Source: Ascidiella aspersa (Eukaryota). From it: a DNA stretch of 64,000 nucleotides. The stretch covers positions 27,342,001-27,406,000 of the forward strand of contig OZ004611.1 of NCBI GenBank assembly GCA_963924565.1. The letters run 5' to 3'. The position numbers and the translations under genes were made by a program. The notes beneath the pieces were generated by a model that ran no database searches, was not told the DNA's origin, and saw only the letters and a list, made by a program, of their open reading frames with translations. Below are positions 38,701 through 51,200 of the stretch, in pieces (within the stretch, counting starts at the first letter, position 1; each line of letters opens with the position of its first letter).

Positions 38701-39669
38701 TAAGTTATTTTACGAATGACTTGACCGGGACTTGAGTCATTAAAAAAAACTTTTTCACAACACTAATAAACACAGTTTGCTACATTACAAAACAGCACTT
38801 ACTAGTAGAAGCAGATCCGGAACATGAAGTGGCTGTGCCCAGAGCGGTCGCGGCGCTTGTCTGATCAGCGTAGGCAGCCGTGTTGTTTCGCAAGATAATA
38901 GCTGCTCCGGTCGAACCGGGAATGGTCAGGGTGCTTTGCCAAGCAGCGAACACTGAAGTTTAAATCGGAGTGTTTGATATTAATGTGTTGCTGAAAGCGT
39001 CCGGTACTTTATTATAGCGAAACACCATCGCGCAACTAAATACTCAACTGCCATGCCTTAAAAAGCAAATTTACCGTAGCCAAATTGGTTGAGTAAAACA
39101 ACATCATTTTAATAAACACGTTTGATATATACTTGTATTATCAGTTGTTGACTAGGATCAATGCCAATTTTTATTTTTAATATCATTACAATTTCACAAC
39201 TTAAAGCTCCGGTCAAAATGTACAACAATATAAACACTTTTTTAATATAACAGTTGGCAGCAATAGCTTATTTCACTTTTTTAATACTCAACTATTCATT
39301 TGATTTTTTGTAGTGTTTTATCTATATAGCAAGGTGTTTGTCGAAAATATAAAAATAAGGACAATTTTTGTATAGACATTGTTTTGATACACTCTATATA
39401 CATTTAATGAACTGGCGTTTACAAAGTATAGTTCAGCAAAACATTGTCACTTAAAATTCTCGCCAAACAATATACAAGCTTTGAAACAAACCACTATATC
39501 TATCACCTTGGAAAGGGTTCAATTTTTTAGACAAAGAGAAACCAGTAAAATGCTACATACCTGCCGCAGAGTCAATTGCGTTTGACAAACCAAAAGAAGC
39601 TAAAACAGCCAATAAAAGGAGAAGTAGATGTTTACTCTTAGGCGTTGTTTTTTTGCTCAAATCATCCAT
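32732..39669 (-). CDS. EGF-cluster gene A: secreted, probably GPI-anchored protein with 3 EGF-like domains, 6 exons, ~275 aa
   Basis: Exons: 39669-39561 ([36 protein letters not shown], signal peptide); 38952-38803 (50-aa module); 36046-35882 (6-Cys EGF with long last loop); 34866-34744 and 33837-33718 (cbEGF, DINEC..C.NT.GSF.C.C..GF.GDG..C); 32892-32732 (Thr/Ala stalk, SGS, hydrophobic tail). All introns GT-AG, phase 1; total 828 nt with no internal stop. Confidence 0.85.
34094..34391. mobile_element. Foldback MITE of Tc1/mariner type (almost fully palindromic, ~298 bp) in an intron of gene A
   Basis: TA|CAGGGTGTCCATAAAGTCTCTTT ... AAAGAGACTTTATGGACACCCTG; inverted arms extend well over 100 bp; TA on the left flank, TG on the right. 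Confidence 0.85.
38358..38765. repeat. Representative copy of a dispersed GACTT/AAGTC-rich repeat family (probable old MITE)
   Basis: Ends resemble AGTGTTGTAA / TTACAACACT, with dense TGACTT motifs near both ends. Similar blocks at ~5120, 14480-14920, 21180-21380, 22610-22900, 25200-25520, 28580-29050, 35338-35820, 40610-40943, 44723-45000, 48720-48930, 49310-49430, 56510-56838, 61982-62140, 63470-63560 and 63948-64000. Confidence 0.7.
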
Positions 39670-39899
39670 GTTTGACGAATGAAGAATTCGAGTGAAGTTC
39701 AATCTTTTGACGATTAAAAAAGTAATGCCTTTCTACTAACACGGCCATAATAAGATATGTGCGATGGATGTCGGCGTTATATACTGGTAACTGGATACAG
39801 GCAGGCGATATGAAAAAATCCCTGGGTTGTCTTCGTTGCGTGGCCAGCAAGTCAACAACCTTATGAGAATTGCGGGCAAACTCTTTTGAATGTTTAGGG

Positions 39900-40244
39900 C
39901 AGTGTTTCCCAACAGTGGTGTTACGGCACACTGGGGTGCTATTTCTAATGCTCAAGGGTGCTGCGAGATATTTTGAAATATTTAGCATTTTATTTTTGCT
40001 ATTATTGCAAAGCCTTTTACTCTTTGTCTATAGTTAGAGTACAATAAATCACAATACAATTCTTTGCTCAGAGTTTATTCGCACTTTGCTCAGAGTTTAT
40101 TCGCATTGTTACAGTTTCGTTTGTTTATAGTAAACCACTTGACATTATAAATAGTGAGTTACTCAACGAAAATTCTACTGAGGTGCCAAAACCCTATTTA
40201 TTTTTTTCTTGGGGGTGGCAGCCATAAACGGTTGCGAACCACTG
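39900..40244. mobile_element. Degenerate hAT MITE upstream of gene A
   Basis: Termini CAGTGTTTCCCAAC / GTTGCGAACCACTG; TSD decayed. Confidence 0.65.
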
Positions 40245-41027
40245 GTTGAAGCTATCAGAGATGTACTGTGCGTGATTCGTGTATCACTCAGGGTTTGCCT
40301 GATGTTTAAGTTGTAATAGAGGTTGAGGATTTGCTTGGTTATTTATGATCGCAACTGAATTGTTTTTAACTTCCACATTTTGCTTTGCGAATGCTTAAAA
40401 AAATAAGCAGCAGATATAAAACTTGTTTTGCCTGATATTTAAGGAAAATGTCGATGTTGTTACTAAATGTGGGCGTTCTGACTAAATAACGTTTTTTGTC
40501 CGATGATCGCTGAGTTTTTTTTACTGGCTTTTGTAACAATAAGTTGGAACAAAATTTGAGAAAATGTACACCTTGATTTAATACCAATATTGTAAACCAT
40601 TTTAAAGTCATTTAAAATTCCAAGTCCCAGTCAAGTTATTTGCAATATCACTTAAGTCATTCCCAAGTAACAAGTTAAGTACAAAACTTTACTTACCGAA
40701 GTCCGCGTCAATACTATTAACTTCTATAGCTAATTAGATTAGAGAAGTCCTAATCTTTAACATCAAATAAAATTTTTGAAACACAAATTAATAAATCATT
40801 TACATCTCCACCATTATTATACGTATGTCGTATGTACAGGATCCTATGTCACATCATTTGTAAAACAACTTAAGTCAAGTAGTTTTATCCATAGACGTAT
40901 GTCAAGTCAAACATAATTGATAGCTTAAGCCGTTAGAACACTGGTTCATAAGCCTTACGTTACTTGCAAAACAAAAACGTAACAAATAGAATCACGGAAT
41001 ACAACATATCGCACAGATGATATAAAC

Positions 41028-41354
41028 CGGGGTTCTTAAACTTTTTTTACCACGGACCCCTAAAAGAGCTCGCGCGGACCACGCTAGGTCAAAAAATGTA
41101 AAACTGACGTCATAAATTTACCTCACAATACAAATAGATTTAAATCTGCTGATTTCGGTCCAAAAATGTGAAAGTGAAATTAAGTTTTATTACAGTCAGT
41201 GTAAAACCGTTCTATTTTTAATTAAATTGTTCTCTTTGATAAATTGATTTACTTCCAAAATATACACTGATATTTCAATTAGGCGTTGATGGACCTCCTA
41301 AAACTAGTTCACGGACCCCCAAGGGGTCCATGGACCCCAGTTTAAGAACCCTTG
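41028..41354. mobile_element. hAT MITE, CAGGGGTTCTTAAAC family, with a paralogous empty site
   Basis: Termini CGGGGTTCTTAAAC / GTTTAAGAACCCTTG; TSD ATATAAAC/ATATCAAC. The duplicated segment at ~45055-45073 reads GATG-ATATAAAT-ACAGTCAT without the insert. Confidence 0.85.
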
Positions 41355-42432
41355 ATATCAACACAGTCATATTTAAAGAACACTTGACTGCCAGAATATG
41401 CTTTCCCTTTATTATAGGATAAATATCTTGTTCGTATGTTCGTCGACGTGGGTTTGTGGGGCACGAGTTCAGCTTGTTGAGCTTATAATAGTTTATTCAA
41501 CAGAAGAGTGTTATAATTGACACTTTTGTTCTGACTCCAACTTCAAAGGTGCGTATCTAACTCGCGAGCCGCCACAAGACGTTCTGGTGATTAGAATTGT
41601 ATTAGTTGATGAACGAACAACCAGTTTCAAACTATAGATCGGCGAAACAAGTTAGCATATAGCCGATACAACTTGCAAATATCCACGTTGTTAACAGCAC
41701 AAGTCGATAGCTAAGAAGACGTTAGTTATCAAGCGGATTGCGGTCTTAAGTAGCTAAAAACAATCCAAATGCTGACCGCAGTGATAATGGCGAAACAAGC
41801 CATTTAGCATTTGACACTTTGGTGCGAGTTAGCGTTGCTTTGCATAGGCAATACTTCTGTCACATAAGCATAAACATCAAAAAAACATACGGTAAGTACA
41901 GAGGCCATTAGTTGGTAATAACAAATCATGCCCTCTACAGGTTACCTACTAGAGAGGCATAAACGTCCGCAGTGGAACTTAGTTACAATTTTATACCTTA
42001 GTTGCAAAATGCAAGATGTTAAAAGCTTGTCCATCAAATCTAGAACTTCGCCAGTTCCGTAATTTGCTGCATTGTGACGCAACATAGAGTTAATAGTTTA
42101 CTTTGGACTTTATTGTTCGTCACAATGGTGCAAGTGTTGTAGTAGGCTACAACTCGTTTAAGTCTTAAGCTTTAAAACCAGTTGTAGTTGGAAAACTTCA
42201 ATGAACCACGTAAAATACGTATAATATCAAAAAGACAGCAGCAAATTGCTTATTAAATTGACGTTTCCATTCTTTGTTTTTAAGTTGCATATACTTTTGT
42301 CGTAATTACTTTTTGGGTTGATTTTGATTTTTGAAGGTCCACAGGTCCGCAAAACTTGTTTTGAAATTTTACCGGTGCGTAAGCTAAAAAGGCTGAGAAT
42401 CACTGCACTAGACTACCATATTCCTTGCACTT

Positions 42433-42542
42433 TTACTTGAAGTGTTGTGTAGTCAACCAGGTAGAAAGCAAGAATAACAGGTGCCAGCCATCGAGAAAAG
42501 GTGAAGTAGCAAAAGCTGTTGGAGCAGCGGTTGTGGTCACAT
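42433..42542 (-). other. Orphan duplicate of the gene B terminal (stalk/GPI-signal) exon, open reading frame intact
   Basis: TAG acceptor, phase 1, 110 nt (same length as gene B exon 6). Encodes [36 protein letters not shown]. Confidence 0.75.
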
Positions 42543-43197
42543 CTAAAACTTGTAGGCCTACAAAAGGTTGATTCAAAAACACAGTTAGAAAAAATATGTA
42601 ACGAAACGAACGCTTCGATGTGTGTGTTCATCTTTATCGTTTTGTGTTATTGTCAAAATACCCACAGAGGCATTTGTAATTTTATTGTGTTTAAGGTAGT
42701 GGTCCAAGTTGTTGCCTGCCCAACCCTTCCTTAATTAACCAAAAACAAAAACAACAAAAACAAAACAAGGAATATGTAATAAACCAAGATGCAAATAACT
42801 AATTCATATCGTCACTTGCACGCAGTGTTTTTTTTAAGGTGGGACCGAAACGGTCCCCCAAAATTTACATATATATCTTTTTTTTTTTTTTTTTTTCCAG
42901 TTATATCTTTTTCCAAATTCCAGTTATAAAAGATTATCTTTTAGTGTAGAATTCATAAAGCCGTTTGATACCGTATAGTACGTATTTGTGTATTACGCCA
43001 TAAAATTACATCGCGCACACACTTTCAGAGTGACGTGATGTATTTCGAAGAATTGGATTTGCCTAATACATTATTAATAAAAATAGAAATACACAAATCC
43101 AACGCCTTATAAAAACTTATTGGGCAGTTTTCATAATTCCATATAACAGCTGATGGCAAGAAAGATGTTTACGCTTCGGCTGTAAATGTCGACATAC

Positions 43198-43347
43198 TTG
43201 CGCCTGGCGTTCCAGAGCAGAATGCACTCCTGTGGCTGAATCTGTTTCGCTGCTTTAACAACCCCCTTTGCCGCGTATTGACGCGAGACAGAGTCTGTAC
43301 AACCGGCGTCGTTTTAACCAAGTGCCTTTTAAGAAATATTGCTACCG
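43198..43347 (-). other. Putative orphan 150-nt phase 1-1 exon, a highly diverged and basic counterpart of the 50-aa module
   Basis: TCTAG acceptor, GTATGT donor, exactly 150 nt and open. Encodes xVAIFLKRHLVKTTPVVQTLSRVNTRQRGLLKQRNRFSHRSAFCSGTPGA, with N24 and C44-x-G46 in the same register as exon 2 of genes A and B. Confidence 0.5.
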
Positions 43348-44381
43348 CTAGATAAGAGTACAATTACAGCATCTGGATATTTGAAGTCTCTACGATTGAT
43401 AATTTACTGTAAAACTCTGGACAACAAACGGTGTGAAACATACCAAAATAAAACAATCCATGAATGAATTCGAGCAAAAACAAGATATGCACCGAAAATA
43501 AATTTTTTTGGTCCACATAATATGCGAAACTACCTAAAAGTCAGCGAAAGTACGCCGTACGCCAGGCATGTAGTAAGATAGTAGATTTAACATTTTATGA
43601 AAGACACACACAAACATATGTGTTTAATAACATCTGTGATCTAGCCCCTCGGAAGTTGCTTTATGACAAACGATTACGGCTTCCGTATCAATAGTACACC
43701 GAAAAGCCATCGCAGACTCGCCGAATCTGTCGATCTATGATGCAAGCAGAGCAAGCCAGAAAACCAACTGGCCTGCAGTGAGGTTCGAACTCCGATATGA
43801 ATTATTATACACCGATATGAATTATTACGTAATATTCTAGTAGTGTATGCCGCTGTTCAGTAAACTTGTGACGCACAACCGGTTCTTCGGCTTACTCGTT
43901 TCGTTAGCAATCTATTCCTGCTTGTTCATTTTAGAATAACCCAAAAATCAAAAAAAAACAAGAATTACTTGCGTTAGGTTTGCTGATTAAGTACGTTTTA
44001 AAACAGAGTTTTTCCCTATTCCTCAACACATTTGTTCCAAAACTAATTTGTCCTTTTTGTTTCTTTTTTTAACATACAAACGACTCACGTTTGTGAAAAA
44101 ACAGAATATTGCAAGCTCCAAGACTTGTAGTGGTATTAATATAGGCTGTTTAAAGATAAAAAAATAGTGTACTGTACTACTTACCTTTTAAAACCTACTA
44201 TTTTTTTATTTAATACCTCAAAAAGTAAGTAATCGTGCAACTCGTTTTGTTTTATCTGTGCGACGTCAGAGGTGTATTACATACTTTAGATTTTATTCCG
44301 ATTCCAACACTAGTTCAGCTAATTGTCATTGGCCAGAGTCATTAATTATAAGGTTGATTAAAAGCTGTAAACCGTACTTAC

Positions 44382-44540
44382 GACTGGCCGCCGAACTGGT
44401 ACAGTTTAGAAATGAGGACAACGCCGTTGTGGCCTTGGTTTAGTCAGCGTAGGCTATTTGGTTGGTGCTGAGAACTACATGCTTGCCAGTGTAATGCGAC
44501 AGGGTTGTGTAACTTGTGGTGTTTACTGTGTTGATAAACA
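44382..44540 (-). pseudogene. Disabled copy of gene B exon 2
   Basis: Reads [55 protein letters not shown]>TAA stop at 44440-44442; acceptor is TTACG instead of TTACAG; donor GTAAGT retained. Confidence 0.85.
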
Positions 44541-45242
44541 CGTAACAGTGTGCTTTGCGAATGTTTTACAAATAAGCAAGAGCTAAAAAAATGTTACTAG
44601 GGTTAAAACCTCTATTCAGTCATTCAAGTGAAAAACTTTTTCCGCTCGACTTTTAGGGAAAATGGCGATGTTGTAACTGAAGTAAACAACAATTTGACAA
44701 AATTCACATCTTAATCTCATACCAGTGTTGTGAACAAGTCATTTTTAAATGAAGTCCCAGTCAAGTTAGTCAGTTTAAATGAAGGCCCAGTAAAGTCATT
44801 CTTAAATAATAGTCAAGTCCACGACAATCCAAGTCGATAATATATAGCAAGCCAGTTAGAATAGTCCTAACCTTTCACATCAAATAATAGACTACAACTA
44901 CACAAATCAATAAATCATTTACATTCCAGCATGATTGTACGTAGGAACCTATAGTCCAAGTCAAATAATTTATACAACATTCTTAAGTTAAGTCCAAAAA
45001 CAATGGCGCCATACATTACTGACAAAACAAAAACAAATGCAACATATAGCACAGATGATATAAATACAGTCATATTTAAACAACACTTAATTGCCAGTAA
45101 ACTTTTCCTTTATTATGGCATGATTAGCTGGTTCGTGTTTTCGTCGATGTGGGTTTCTTACTATAGGGAGGCATAAACTCCCGCAGTGGAACGAAAGATA
45201 TCTTTGAACGATACCAATCGTCTACCATATCCTTTTGCACTT

Positions 45243-48200
45243 TTACACAAAGTGTTGTGTAGTCCACCATGTAGCAAGCAAGAATAACAGGTACCAGCCA
45301 TCGAGAAAAAGGGAAGTAGCAAAAGCTGTTGGAGCGGCGGTTGCGGCCACGGCTAAAATTTATACAAAATGTTGATTAAATACACAGTTAGAAAAAAACT
45401 TATATAACGAAAAAGATACTTCGGCTTGTGTTTACCTATATCATTTCGTCCTATAGCGTCAAAATGCCCACCTAATCATTTGTAATTTTAATGTGTTTAA
45501 AACAGAGATTCTTAACATTGTCGCCTGTCCAACCCTTCCCTAAATGAGGAAGTAAATGAGGACTGCATTAGGCACCAAAACAAGAAATATTTAATAAATT
45601 ACGATGCAAAACACCAATTTATGTTTGTACTTACATAGGCTACTCAGCAGTACACCAGCTGTCAAATCACTGGGCTGGGAGTAGGGACTCTAGTAATACT
45701 ATACGTGTAGGACAACCAGAGTCCCTAATCCGACGAGCACTTGCGTAATACCAAATTTCGAAACTGATAAGGCTGCAAACTTTAAATTGAAAAAATGGAA
45801 AAATACAATATAGTGGATATTTTTCCAACCATGAATGGAGGGGTGGATGAATTGTATAACACACCCTAGTGGGTTACTGAATATCCACCTTATTTCAGTT
45901 ACGTAATTAGATGTAGAGTCGGAGCCGGTATTCAACAAAACCCCACATTTGGCCGGAGTCGGACTCGCCTTTTTACCCGACTCCCCAGCCCTTTACAGTC
46001 ATGTTTCTAAGGCCAGTAATTAAATCAATCAGCGACAAGACTCTACATCTAATTATATAACACATTTCAACAACACATGTAAGCGACAACACATTTCAAA
46101 CACAATAATTAAACAAGCATCGTTGAAACGAAGGAAAACGCTGGTATATACCTGTACAGTTCCGTCCGTCGCCGAGAAAGCCGTTGTTGCAGGAGCAGGT
46201 GTAAGAGCCAGGAGTGTTGAAGCAAATTGCGTCAGCGTGGCAAGAGTTGAGGATGGAAGACGAGCATTCGTTCGTGTCTGGCCATGAAACAGTAAAAGCA
46301 AAGGTACAAGTTAAAAAAAAAAACACCACAAAAAAACAAAAACAGTGTAGCCAACAGATCAGTCGGTTTGGGAAAATCAGTAAGGAAACCGTATTTGAAG
46401 AACTCGAAGTTAAATTGAAACTTTATTAACCCAATGAAAGATACATACACATACGTGTACAAAACTGTAATTTAGCTCTTGTGAAGCCTTTTTATCAGCA
46501 GTAATTATAGTTCACCGGAAGTCTTTGGCTTATCACCAGAATCAGTCGATCAACATTGATTAGGCCATTATTAATTGTACCGGTGCTATGCAAAGCAAAA
46601 TGAAAGTTTACATTTTGAACGAAATTTGCGATGGCAAAATACCACAATGTGTACAAAATGGTAAGGTTTTAAAATGATAGTAAGAGTGTATAACTGGTTC
46701 TATTCAATATCAAATAAATACGTTGATATTTCGTAATTTTAGAAGATTGATTTTAAACCGACCTTCGGTTTAAAAACAAACTTGGTACCTATACAAACAC
46801 AATGCAAACCTTCACAAACTCCTGCTGTCATAGTATAGCCGACAGGGCAAACGCAGTTAAAAGATCCGACTGTGTTGACGCAATTGGCCAGCGGATGGCA
46901 ACCGTCTTCGTCGGTGGCACATTCATCGATTTCTGAATTGAAACCATATTAATAGATTGTGTTTTATTTAAACTTTTGATTACCATTACCGTATTTAATA
47001 TAATTGAAAACCAATCGCTTGTTAAACAAGGGATTTAATCGCTTTTAAAATTGATGAAAAGATAACAGAAACTGCTTTCTCGGATCACAAACCATTCATT
47101 TCGTTTTAAGAAAACCATTAACGTAAGCAAATTGCTTTAATCGACAATCGACCCGCTAAGGGTTTCGCAAAGTCTTTATTTGGTGTCATTCTAGGGCATT
47201 CCGACGTTAAAGATCATCCATTTTGGATTTAGTTTTGAATTAGTCTGCATGTTGTTCAAACTTAGGCCATATTACAAGAGTCATTCTAATCGGAGTTATT
47301 TTTGATAAATATGAGTTAGGGCGCTTTAAAGATTATGCTCTCCCGAGTGACAGGGGTGGATTTATGGGGCATGTAACACTACAAACTAGACTTTTTGCCT
47401 ATTTTCAACTACGTAAATCCATGTTTAAGGCTTTGAGATCCTTAATCTATTCTTAGTATGACATAGTCCAGTGTGGTCCAACTGCAGGCCCGCGGGCCAA
47501 AGTTGGCCCGCAAGTTCCGCTTTTTTGGCCCGCGAACTGATAGTCAGCTTTGCTTTAAACTAGCTATTTCACTTTAATTTTTGTTTCTTTGTTATTTTAA
47601 ATGACAACAAAATTTGTGAATGATCCTTTGTGATGCATAACAATACAACTTTGTCCAAAAATAGAACATCGACCTTAGACGTCCCATTGATCAATAAATC
47701 ATGTGGCAAATTTGCAAAATTTTGGTGTTGAAATTATTTCATACCTACCATAGCTGAACGTAGGTGTACATTTCATATAGTTAGAGTATTTATGCCATAG
47801 GCTAAGTATAATTTGCCAACAATATACCTAATAATCGCTATTTAAAAACATTGGCCCGCAAGATAAAAAAAAATGTTTTTGGCCCGCGATGAAAAGAAGT
47901 TGGACCACGCTGACATAGTCTATTTAGCTTAAATAGGATTAGCTACTGTAGAATGCCTCGTGCACCTCATCCCTCCGTCTAAAAGAACAGTTTGGTCGTT
48001 TTAAACCGTGTGTTCTGAATTTTAAATATAAAACGCGACACGTTTAACGTCTGTTTATAATGATGTAACAGTTACAAGTAACTCTGTGATGTAATTTATG
48101 GATTATTTGTATGACCTTCCCCAAACGAAAATCCTGGATGCGGTCCTGACAACTGATTAACAAGCAAATACCAACACCTTTGTTCGTTTCAAGACAATTA

Positions 48201-51200
48201 ATTAAAGCAAACCAGCGAAATATGCCGATTTTGAATCATGTTACGGCTTTAGTGTTTTTATTAAGACTTATATATACCAAAATAGGGTTTTCCGAAATGC
48301 TATAGCCGCTTAAAGATATTTATGTAAACCCTAAAAAAATCTTGCCTTGGCAAATGGTTCCAGGAGGTACGATAGAGAACGGAAGAAAGGTTTGGGTGCT
48401 CAAGTCGCGAAATCCATCCTTGCACTGGCACTTGACAAGAGACCGAGAAGGACTGGTGCAGTTCGCAAGGTCGCTGCATGGGCTGAAGGGAGTCCCACAC
48501 ACCACTTCGACTTGAAACAAAGATTAGTTTGAAGCAGGGGTCAACAAACGATTTTTAAAGAAGGGCTGTATAGCTGTGGATTTTTTAAAGAAGGACTGTA
48601 TAAGGATTGGCGATCGTGGGCCAGGTGACTGTAAAGTTGAAGGTCGCGGCCGTATATAAGTTTTTTGTGTTTACCCTCTTTAACTTAAATATTAAACGAA
48701 GGAAACACAAAACTAGTTGTCTAAACTTGAGTGATTTAGTGACTTTTTTGTCCGAAAGACTTAAGCCACGTCATTTGTCCAAACGAAAGTCAAGTTAAGT
48801 CATTTGTCTTACTAGCTTAAGTCATTTCAAATTATTTTTCCCCAAAGACTTAAGTCAAACCATTTGTCTTAATAGCTTAAATCGTGTCAAGTCATTTTTA
48901 ACGAAATACCTGAGTCAAGTAATTTAAAACATTGACTTACATAATTGTTAACTATATTAAGGGGCCGTATGGAACAACACACGATTTTAGCAAGTGGCTT
49001 CGACGCTTTTTGGCATTTTTGGGAAAACTATACTTATTTTATTGTTTTTTTAGCTTTGTCAACAATTTTTCAAAAGTTACAAAAGAGTATTTTATGTTTT
49101 GGCCTAATAATGTACTATAGACACATAATTTTCGGCCGGAAATTTCCCCATAGGCCTACCTCATAATAGGTAGCATTATGTGTGCAACACTTGCTCTTAA
49201 ACGTTAACGCAAAGAAGTATTAGTTTTATAATATTGTGGTGTGGCTATTCCCTGATGAGGTCAAAAAATATGCGCACTCCCTCTTTACAAAGGTGCAATG
49301 TCTTCAATCAATCACTTAATCTAAGTGCACTCAAGTCACTGTTTTCGAATGACACGACTTAAGTCATTTGGACAAATGACTTGACTTGGACTTAATCCCG
49401 TTTTCACCCAAACGACTTGCATTAAGTTACGGTGCTTTACTTTTAATTTGATTATTTAAACCAATTATTAAATGTAATTAATATTAACTTGCTATTTGTT
49501 TGAGTTTTGGTGTTTGCTGTGCAAAATATCGCTTGAATTTATCGTGTCCACCAACTTAAGTTTGACGTTAATTTTCATGTCAAAGCTCTGACTTCGTATT
49601 GATTTGCTTTGGCAAAGACTTGAATGTCATTATTTTAGGTTTACCAAATTATGTGAAAGCAATCGGGCCAGCAACTAAACCTTACTGTTATCGAAAAGCT
49701 TAGACTTTCCTATCAGGGAAATTCTGGCCCTCGCGTGTGTTGTGCAAGGCTAGCTTATCAAAAAGTTGAGCTAAGTATAGTTCTCCTTTGCACGTGATGA
49801 ATTGCACAACTACGGGTATTCCCCGGAATGGCGAGTGCTGTTTTGCCTTGTTGACACTCCAATAGCGGAAATTGAGACCTTAGCAATGCAAGCATTTTTC
49901 CTATTCTGCTGACAACGATTTTAGTCATTGTTAAGGTGGCAAAACGTTCGATCCAATAATATAGCACATCCCTTTAGCACAGTGGTTCCCAACCTTTTTG
50001 TTGTCGCGACCCCTTTTCCAGTTTTCGAAACTTACGTGACCCCTCAATTTTTAATTAATGATACATTGACCTAAATAAATTAGGGTCACATTTGAATTGG
50101 TTAAAGTTAAACGATCACATTTCTCGACCGATTGTTGTAAATTTGGTTAAACTATGCGGATTAACGAAAAAAGTATATGTACTAGCTTATAAAGTTATGG
50201 TTTAAGCCTCTAATCCCTGCATTACGATTTTCCTTCGATGACACTATTTGACTAAACTTTAGTTTAATCGTTAATGTGATGTAATAATCGTTATTTTGAT
50301 GTAAAAAATATGGTTCTTGTTACAACGGTTAATAGTTTTTGCTTGTGATTTCTGTCTTTAATGAGTCTGAAAAAAACATCGTGCAGTATAAACAATTGCA
50401 ACTTGAATTATAGGTTTAAGTTTTCACTTAAAGTTCTTAGGCTACCTATGATTGATACCGGGAACTCAATAGTAAGCCTACATTGTTAAAATAATATTCT
50501 ATCTCGCAACTTTCTTCCTGACAGCTCACTGTTTGAACATTCACTATCATTACAAGTTAATTTTTTAAGCTAATTAATTCGCATTCTAGCAATAGTGATT
50601 TGTATTTTTGATTGTCGTCTTCGCGACCCCCAGAGAAAAGGCAAACGACCAACCCGGGGGTCGCGACCCCCAGGTTGAAAATCACTGCTTTAGCACAATA
50701 GTTAGTGACATCGTTTCAGTTAACTATTATCAATGGCCATTTTCCAGAGTCATCGATTTCAAGGTTGAATAAATGAACAAGAACTTGCAAGTTTAAACCG
50801 TACTTACGACTGGCCGCCGAACCGGTACAGCTTAGAATCGAGGACAACGCCGTTGTTGCCTTGGCTTGGTCAGCGTAGGCTATTTGGTTGGTGCTGAGAA
50901 CTACAGGATCACCAGTGTAATCTGGCAGGTGAAGGGTTGTGTTGTATACGATGAACACTGTAAGATCAATGTATTTGGTTTGTAAAACGAGAAAAAGAAT
51001 AAAAAAGCGTCGTAAATATAGATTTTTCTTTTACAATAAATGTACAAAATACTACCAACCATCCAATTCAAGAAAAACTATTTAATTTGCATTACGACTA
51101 GAGGCAACCGGGATTAGGTGAGTCAAAACGAAAATATGGAAAAAAATAAGGTAAGAAAGGTTGCTACTATGACGTACTGTAGCAAGGAAACCCAACAGCA

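Noticed and set aside
43769-43792. Minus-strand GAGTTCGAACCTCACTGCAGGCCA resembling a tRNA T-arm and 3' end
   Set aside because: No D-arm, anticodon arm or 5' acceptor strand; at most a SINE/tRNA scrap.
45628-45670. GTAAGT donor-like site inside the last intron of gene B
   Set aside because: No convincing acceptor or coding similarity; adjacent to a MITE-like element (~45671-45992).
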